NCBI GenBank assembly: GCA_013239625.1
Contig: MU053304.1
Coordinates: forward strand, 1,674,001-1,738,000
DNA length: 64,000 nt
DNA from: Lama guanicoe
Lineage: Eukaryota
Reading direction: 5' to 3'
In this document: piece by piece, positions 55,809 through 64,000 of the stretch
How positions within the stretch are numbered: position 1 is the stretch's first letter
Layout of the letters: every line of letters begins with the position of its first letter
Translations under genes and position numbers: made by a program
The notes under the pieces: model-generated
The model's input: the letters and a program-made list of their open reading frames with translations, nothing else
What the model was told of the DNA's origin: nothing
Database searches by the model: none

Positions 55809-58113
55809 TAAGTAGGAAAAGCAGCTTGTGTGTGCGTGTGTGTTTTAATCTCCGTTAATATGTAAAGTCAACTTAAGCAAGCAGAGGGGGTTGCTAATGT
55901 CATAGGCACTGAATAGTAAAAGGAAGAAAAATGTTAATGTATAATAAATTTGTGTTCCAATGATGTAGAAATGCTTCCTACACAAAAATTTTAAAGTATA
56001 TAGTATATTAAAAGTTTACCTTTGTGGTTATAGGACCACAGACCCAAGATCACTGCTTTCTATACATTACCAATTAAGTAATGATGCTTCATTAGGAGAA
56101 TTCTGAGTTTTAGGTTACCAGTAACTGCTTCTCTTCGGCTAATAGGTAGTTCTTTCTGCCCACGTCAGGTTTTCCAGCAGTTTTATCTGATTCCAGGTTG
56201 TTTTTCTTCCCTCAGAATGTTGGAACTTATTTACACAGATGAATGTCTCCGATTTTGGCTGTTTCAGTATTTCTAAGCCCTTCCCAGTGTGCAGGGTGTA
56301 AAGTGTCATTGCACTGCTATTGCATTTGTCCATTATTCTCTCAAGCCTTTGAGTTCACAAGTTAATGTCAGAAGACAGCGGGCTTCAGAAAACATCTGTA
56401 TGTTGTAATTACTGCTAGTAGAGTATTGGTCACTTTTGTGTGAAACACCTATAATTGTGAGTAATTTCATATCCATAATCCTAATCTCCGAGGATGTTAC
56501 CTTGGGAGTCAGTGATGAGATTCACTGACAACCTAGCCTTTGGTCCCACTGCATCAGATAGAATAGTAAGTATAATAGTACTTTTTGTGGGGGGGCGAAT
56601 CAGTTTTATATTCAGTTGCGTTACTTGTGAATTTTAGCAGGTGGCACAGAATTTTGTAGAAAACTAGTGTTGCTGAGGTGATTTATTGAAGAGATTCCTC
56701 TTAAAGTGTTGAGTCATTCCCAAATTTGGTATTCCAGAGAATGCTGTTTGCTTGTGCCGTGAGCAAAGTACTCTCTGCCTAGACAAGTTTGGAAAAGGTT
56801 TAACTTTTTTTTTTTTTTTTTTTTTATTTTTTTTTTTGAGTAGCCCCAATGCACTTTGCTTATTAAAATCCCTTGGAGCCCCGTGAGTTTTGCCTGCATT
56901 ACCATTTCCTGAAGTTTGAACACAGATCAGCTCTTGTTACCGTGTGGCACAGCATTTTCCTACATCCTGGTTTGGGAAATTGCTGTCTTGACTTTTGTTG
57001 ATTTTAACGTTTTGGAATTTTTTCTTTAAAATTACGAGTATTTTCACTTCTTTTGTATATCCTAGGAAGTTTTTCGCACATTTCATCACATAGAGGCTAC
57101 CAGACTTTTTTTTTTTCTACTATAATAACACAAAGGAAACACAAAGCTCTCTGGTTCTTTCCATTTTGTTGTCATCCTCTGATCTCCTAGGAGAAAAAAA
57201 AAAGGTTAATGAATCCCTGTAATGCACCATTGCCATATATTCACATTTCCTGGAAAAGTTGGCAAAATGACTTTTTTAAGAACTTTTTAAAAATTTTAAT
57301 CACTATTTGTGAAATTTCAACGAGGCAGAGATTTAAGTATCCACAGCCCTCTGCCCAGATCAACAGTGAATATCTTCTTTGACAAGAATACTTGCTGATT
57401 ACTGGCAAAACATTTTGGTGAAATGCTTATGTGTATTTTGCATATGTATAGTGTTTTATAGAAATGTATGTCACAGCCAGCAGAGCCACAACCCTGCCTT
57501 TAGGTTGTAGCTATTGGACTGACTAAAACCTTTGGAGACCAGGAGCTTCCTCCACTCATATGTCAATACATTAGACTGGTTTTCATGCAAATTCTTCCGT
57601 AAACTGATGTCTTCTGGGAGGAATCTTGTGGTAGGGGATATTTTAATGATTTTTGTATTTACTTGGTATGCTTAATGTCATGTAAGGTAAAGTCTTTTCT
57701 GATCACAATATGGTAAGATTTAGATGCTTTTAATTGTTGTATTTATCCTGTTGGTCACAAGTTATCTGTATGTTTGAATCAAAGGCAGATATGCAAATAT
57801 ACTTGAATTGAGGCTAAAATATATGTTTAGTGTACTTTTGTGCAAAGCACCCTGCTCCTCAAGGGAAGTAATATAAAATCCTGAAAGTCTCTGCAGTGGA
57901 TTTGTGATTAGCTGTCTGACTAGAAGGTTAGGACTCAAACTGAAATTCTCATAAAGAAATTGTTAAAAATCTTAATACCTTTTTTAAGGTTTTTATTACA
58001 ACTCATTTGGATTTTTTGCTTTAATTTCTATGATATATTGCTGTGTAAGAAAATAATTCTGATTGCTTTCCCCCTAGGGAATGATTGCTTTCTGAATATG
58101 GTACTGTGACTAG

Positions 58114-58269
<156 letters not shown>

Positions 58270-58341
58270 TAAAGATTGCGCTACTAGTACCTAGTTTATA
58301 CGAGAGTATTTTCACTGTAGAGACCTGGTATTCACTGATAG

Positions 58342-58629
<288 letters not shown>

Positions 58630-59388
58630 TAACTGTGCTCAGTTTTGAATTAACTCAAGATTCTCTCATTTTGTCTCCTGAGAACAAGGTCCTCATTTCT
58701 GTTCAGGTCAGAAAACATGATGTTCTAGTCCTGCTTCTGCTGCTCACTTCCTGATTGACTTGGAGCAAGTAATTTAAGTTCTTTGTTCCAGAGTTTCCTC
58801 GTTTCTGAAAGGAAACGTGGGAGGAGTTAGGCTATACGTGTCTAAAAGTCCTTTCTGTCTTCTAAGAAGAAATCTCTCCAAAGCAAAGATCACATACAAA
58901 TAGCTGCTTCTGAATATTTTTAAGAGCATAAATATGGCAACAATTTAAAATATCTAGCTCTAGGTGAAAGGTTAAGTAAATTGTGGTACATACGTAGCCT
59001 TGTATATAATCCAGACCTTATAGGGTAAATTTTAATGATTTAAAATATGATATAACAAGAATGAAAACACAGTATTCAAAATTACATGAATCTTTTGGGA
59101 ACTTGGCAGAAGAAAAGAGGAATGATAACAAAGGAAAGAAATACACCAAAATACTGACTGTGATTTTTCTGTGAAGGTTTTATGTGTGATTTTATTCTTA
59201 TTTCCATACTTCCATATTAAAGTTTTTGCACTGAAATATTTCAGAATTTTCTCAGTCAGGAAAATATTTGCCCTGGTTTAGGAAGTGTTGGTAACTGCAT
59301 TATTTGAGATGCCATGCATCATTTACTAATGTTTTCATGTATAAGATTAATATATTTTCTAATTTCAGCCTTGCTATTAGAACTTTTT

Positions 59389-59615
59389 TTTAACTTTTTT
59401 TATTGATTTATAATTATTTTACAATGTTGTGTCAAATTCCAGTGTAGAGCACAATTTTTCAATTATACATGAACATATATATATTCATTGTCACATTCCT
59501 TTCTCTGTGAGCTACCATAAGATCTTGTATATATTTCCCTGTGCTATGCAGTATAATCTTGTCTATCTATTCTACAATTTTGAAATCCCAGTCTATCTCT
59601 TCCCACCCCCCACCC
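59389..59615 (-). mobile_element. Young 5'-truncated L1 (lineage-specific 3' UTR) with perfect 16-bp TSD
   Basis: gctattagaacttttt at 59373-59388 and 59616-59631; ttttttattgatttataa..ttacaatgttgtgtcaaattccagtgtagagca. Confidence 0.85.
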
Positions 59616-60628
59616 GCTATTAGAACTTTTTGAATGTTACAGTTAAATAGACATTTTTCTTTAAGGTACCTTCTACTAGTTAGCTTCTAAAAATGGATTT
59701 TTGAAAAACTTTGAAACCACTGACTTAAGTTACAAGATCAGAAGTTCTTATGAAAATAAGAGCTCTAAATTCAGAGCCAGGTGTTATGAGGAAGTGAACT
59801 GACTGGTTGTCTGTGCTTCATCAGCCTTAGTGTGTAAGCAGGTCGCATTCTCTAATGCTAAGCCGCCTTCTTTTTAGCATTTTCCTGATAATTGCATTTT
59901 CACTATTAGTTTATGCTTCTGTATTTCCTAAGAGTCCTGTCCTTCATTCAGCCAAGGAGTTTCATAGATTGGACTATTATAAGAATGATGATTTTGTCAC
60001 TGGCTTTTAGGCTGTCTAAAATCAAGCAAACAGTGTTACTCACGCTGTCTTGTTTGAGATATTTACTGTGTGATGCATGCCACCCCTAGGAATTACTTTC
60101 TTTAATTCCATTTGTGTCCCTTTCAGTCTTAGAACATCATTTAAATGTAAAGTCTTTTTTGTTTACCTAAGGATAGTTTTATAGAATCATCTTGTTTAAA
60201 AGAGGATTTTGTTGGGCTGCTAGGAATCCATGATGTAAATATCACTAACCTAAGAATTAGATGCTAAGATTTATGGATAACAAATTTTTTTCTATCAGCA
60301 ATGTCTTAAAGGCCTTCTTAACACAAGTAATGTTTCCTTCATGTCAGTGATTCCCATGACTGGATCTCTCATCAGGATTTTACCTGTATTTGTCTCTGGG
60401 GACCTGATGGGTCCTGTGGTATATATTTGTGTGTAATTTAAAAGGGTATGTTGAATAAATGAGTTTTGCCACACTCACACTATTAAAATTTCCTTATTCT
60501 ATTACTTCACTACCTAAAATCTGATGAAATAAATATGTAAGTTAGCATTTATGGAGGGTCCCCACTGTGTCTTAAGTTAATAAATTTCTCCATGTTTATA
60601 TTCAAGGTTTCTCTCTCTTTGCTCTCAG

Positions 60629-60782
60629 GCAGCCCATCAGGTCGGTGAGGATGAGATAAGCTTGTCCACTCTGGGACGAGTTTATACTATTGATTTTAAT
60701 TCTATGCAGCAAATCAATGAGGACACGGGAACAGCACGTGCCATTCAGAGAAAACCTAACCCCTTAGCCAATACTAACACTA
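60629..60782 (+). CDS. TRIP12: 154-nt exon, second half of WWE domain (73 nt from internal acceptor 60710); [51 protein letters not shown]
   Basis: ctcag|GC acceptor, CTA|gtaagt donor; YxIDF..MxQxNxxTGxxR WWE motif. Confidence 0.95.
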
Positions 60783-61034
60783 GTAAGTACCTTTTGAGTT
60801 AAAAGTAGTCCTGTGCTGTCTTGAAAGTTATATTTGCAATAAAAATAATTGTTTTATCGAGTGTTTTCATTAGGCTTAAGGCAGTTACATAATAGTAATT
60901 GTTTTTGATGCTTTAATAGAGAAATGAGCAAATACTGCTTAACTGGTATCTTCCTTATGATTTTTCTACTTGAGTGATTTGCAGTGTACTGGACTTCAGT
61001 CAGAATTGTCCCATGCGTTTTTTTTTCCCTTCTA

Positions 61035-61440
61035 GTTTTTTTGGGATATAATTGACACAGCACTATGTAAGTTTAAGGTGTGTAGTTTAATGATTTACCT
61101 TATGTACATCATGAAATGATTATCACATAAGTTTAGTGGATATCCATCATCTCATACAGATACAAAATTAAAGAAATAGAAAACTATTTTTTTATTAGAA
61201 CTTTTGCATGTAAGCTCCTATAATACAACGTAGTGATTGAGTATTTCTGTACATTTCAAAATGATCACCATGGTAAGTCTACTTATGATCTGTCACCAAA
61301 GGTATTACATAGTTATTGACTGTATTCCCCACACTGTACGTTTTGTCCCTGTGACTCATTTACTCTACAACTTAATCTCTCTCACCTATTTTTCTCCTCT
61401 CCCCACCCCTCTCTGCTCTGCCAGCCATGTGTTCTCTGCA
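61035..61440 (-). mobile_element. L1MA-like 3' end
   Basis: gatataattgacacagcactatgtaagtttaaggtg..aaatgattatcacataagtttagt..atccatcatctcatacagatac. Confidence 0.8.
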
Positions 61441-61661
61441 GCCCATGCAGTTTTTGAATCTGATCCTTTTATCCCTATTCTGCCTTTGGATCCACTCACA
61501 CCCCATCAGATTAGTTCTATCCAACCTTTTATTTTAAACTTTCCTACCAAAATTCTCTTAACTAATGAAAAACAGATGATTGTGATTTTTCCCCCCCAAG
61601 TTTCTGTTGTTTGTTCCTTTCCTGAGGGATTTAGTTTGTTTTCTTTGTACTAGTTTAGAGT

Positions 61662-61876
61662 GCAAGGGCCAGCACTTTTTCCGAAAAGGGCCAGATGATA
61701 AATATTTTAAGCTTTGCAGGCCATGCAGTTTGTGTATTCAGCACTGCTGTATAGCCCCCAAACAGCCATATGCAGTACGTAAACAAATGTACGTGGTTGT
61801 GTTCCAGTAAAATTTATTTACAGAAGTAGGTGCGGGGCTGGAGTAGGCCTTCAGACCATTCATTGCCAACCCCTGA
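61662..61876. mobile_element. MER58A-like MITE
   Basis: aaagggccagatgataaatattttaagctttgcaggcca..gtgttccagtaaaatttattta..tgccaacccctg. Confidence 0.8.
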
Positions 61877-62312
61877 TCTAGTGCTTTTCATCAGTTACCT
61901 TTCGCCCACACCTTATTCCCCCTAAGCAAAGTGGCAGGTCACTCTTGTTTTTCCACAGTTTCTTACTGAATACTCACTGTTCATTTCTTGAACTCTGTAG
62001 TTCTTACCAGTAGTTTAGCTAGTTAATACTGGAAAGTCCCCAACATTTTGTGAAACATACATTAGTAAAAATGAGAGGTACTGTGTAGTGGTGCCTTGTT
62101 CTTCTCAACTGGTCAGAATGGTTAGTGGTTCTTTAGCTGGCTAAAATTTGTCTTAATGCTGTTTTTGGCATCTTTATAGACCCAAGTTGATCACAGTAGA
62201 TAAGTTAATTTGTTTTCTAACCAAAAAGTTTTTATGGCATTTCAGATAATTACATCAGCTCGAACGCTTTATGATACTTACTCTGTTGTGTTTCTGAAGT
62301 CTGTAATTTTAG

Positions 62313-62630
<318 letters not shown>

Positions 62631-62794
62631 TAGAGAAACAGTATAGAAAAAAATATGCATCAGACAGTTTATTTGGAATGTCTTGAGCCCTTTGTTGCCT
62701 TTCTATACTCACAAAAACCTTTGACAGAGAATAAATTAAATGGAAAAGTTGAGCGTTTAAGAAAAATTCTTAGTTTAGTGAACTGGTTTCATAA

Positions 62795-63028
<234 letters not shown>

Positions 63029-64000
63029 TAATTCGTTTAATCTTTTAGCCTAAATAGTATTTCAGTAAATGTATAGTTACACTCTATAGAACAAAAATTA
63101 AACTGTTACTTTTATATAAAATTTGCATGCCTACAGCTCAAGTACATATAGTGCATCCTTTATAAATCTCATTACAGATTATGTGAGATTCACTGTAAAT
63201 TGATGAACACTTAGTAACTTTCAATGATTTGAGTGTTTACAGCCCAGAAGCAATCCTTGACTCTTCTTTTTATGCTGGTAATATACACTTGCCCACAAAG
63301 AGTCTTTGAAAAAGTCAGAGGTCACTTTCTTTCCTAATGAATCCTATTAGTAGATCACAGTGGTTGTAAAAGGGATTATTTTTTACTTCATTGCGTAGAT
63401 AATGGACTATTTTAAGGCCTGGAATAATTTTCAGAATGCAGTTGGTCTCGTCGTCCAATTTGAGGAACTTGAATGTCGAAATCAGCCTAAGGAATATGTT
63501 CCTTTTCCATTCTCCTCTTGACCTCAAAGATGAAACTATCACTCGTTCAGGTGTTTTATCCTTTTCAAAGTTGCCAAGATATTAGAAGAAGTTCTTTCTT
63601 ATCAATAGAAATCTGTTTATGGGTCTTTTAGGATACTTTGGTCTTGTGAGGATACAGAAAATAATTTTCCTGTGTTGTAATACTTGGCTTTATCTTCAGT
63701 CTTAGCAAACAATCCTAGTTCTTTATGCATATGGATCTGTTTTCCATTCTTTTGATTGCTTTTTCTTATGCTGGATTTGTTTGTCTTTATATCTTGAGAA
63801 TGTAATAGACATGCTAGTATAATAGTATTGGATCAAATGGGAAGAAGTTTTCACTGTTTATTATTCTACTCAAATAACAAATGAATTTTCGAAATATCCA
63901 ACACTGCATATGAAATAGAAGGCAAACTTTATCCATTTCCCAGAGATAATAACTATGGTTAACAAATCAGATGTATGTACATTTTCCGTGCTCACATAAA

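Noticed and set aside
56804..56837. Long T tract as the tail of an antisense retrocopy
   Set aside because: No canonical poly(A) signal or target-site duplication found; treated as a simple homopolymer

Overview
This window is eukaryotic (mammalian) genomic DNA, not a prokaryotic or accessory region. It lies entirely inside the 5' half of one + strand gene, TRIP12 (HECT-type E3 ubiquitin ligase). I traced 19 coding exons by hand, all with GT-AG boundaries and matching phases. They run from the start codon at 3555 to 63008 and total 2998 coding nt (999 codons + 1 nt) in the longest splice form. They encode the N-terminal S/K/R-rich disordered region, the ARM-repeat region and the WWE domain. 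The non-coding first exon lies upstream of the window and the HECT domain downstream. Introns contain the usual mammalian repeats (MIR, L2, old L1, MER58, Tigger, MaLR) plus a tRNA-derived SINE and a young L1 that suggest a camelid genome (inference from recall). Repeat family names come from recalled consensus and their boundaries are approximate. I found no previously undescribed multi-gene system. The best leads are a 33-bp near-perfect intronic inverted repeat (20688-20846), a uORF overlapping the weak-context start codon, an in-frame alternative acceptor that cuts into the WWE domain, a retroposed polyadenylated LTR-like fragment with CpG-decayed target-site duplications, and a CpG-dense WWE exon.
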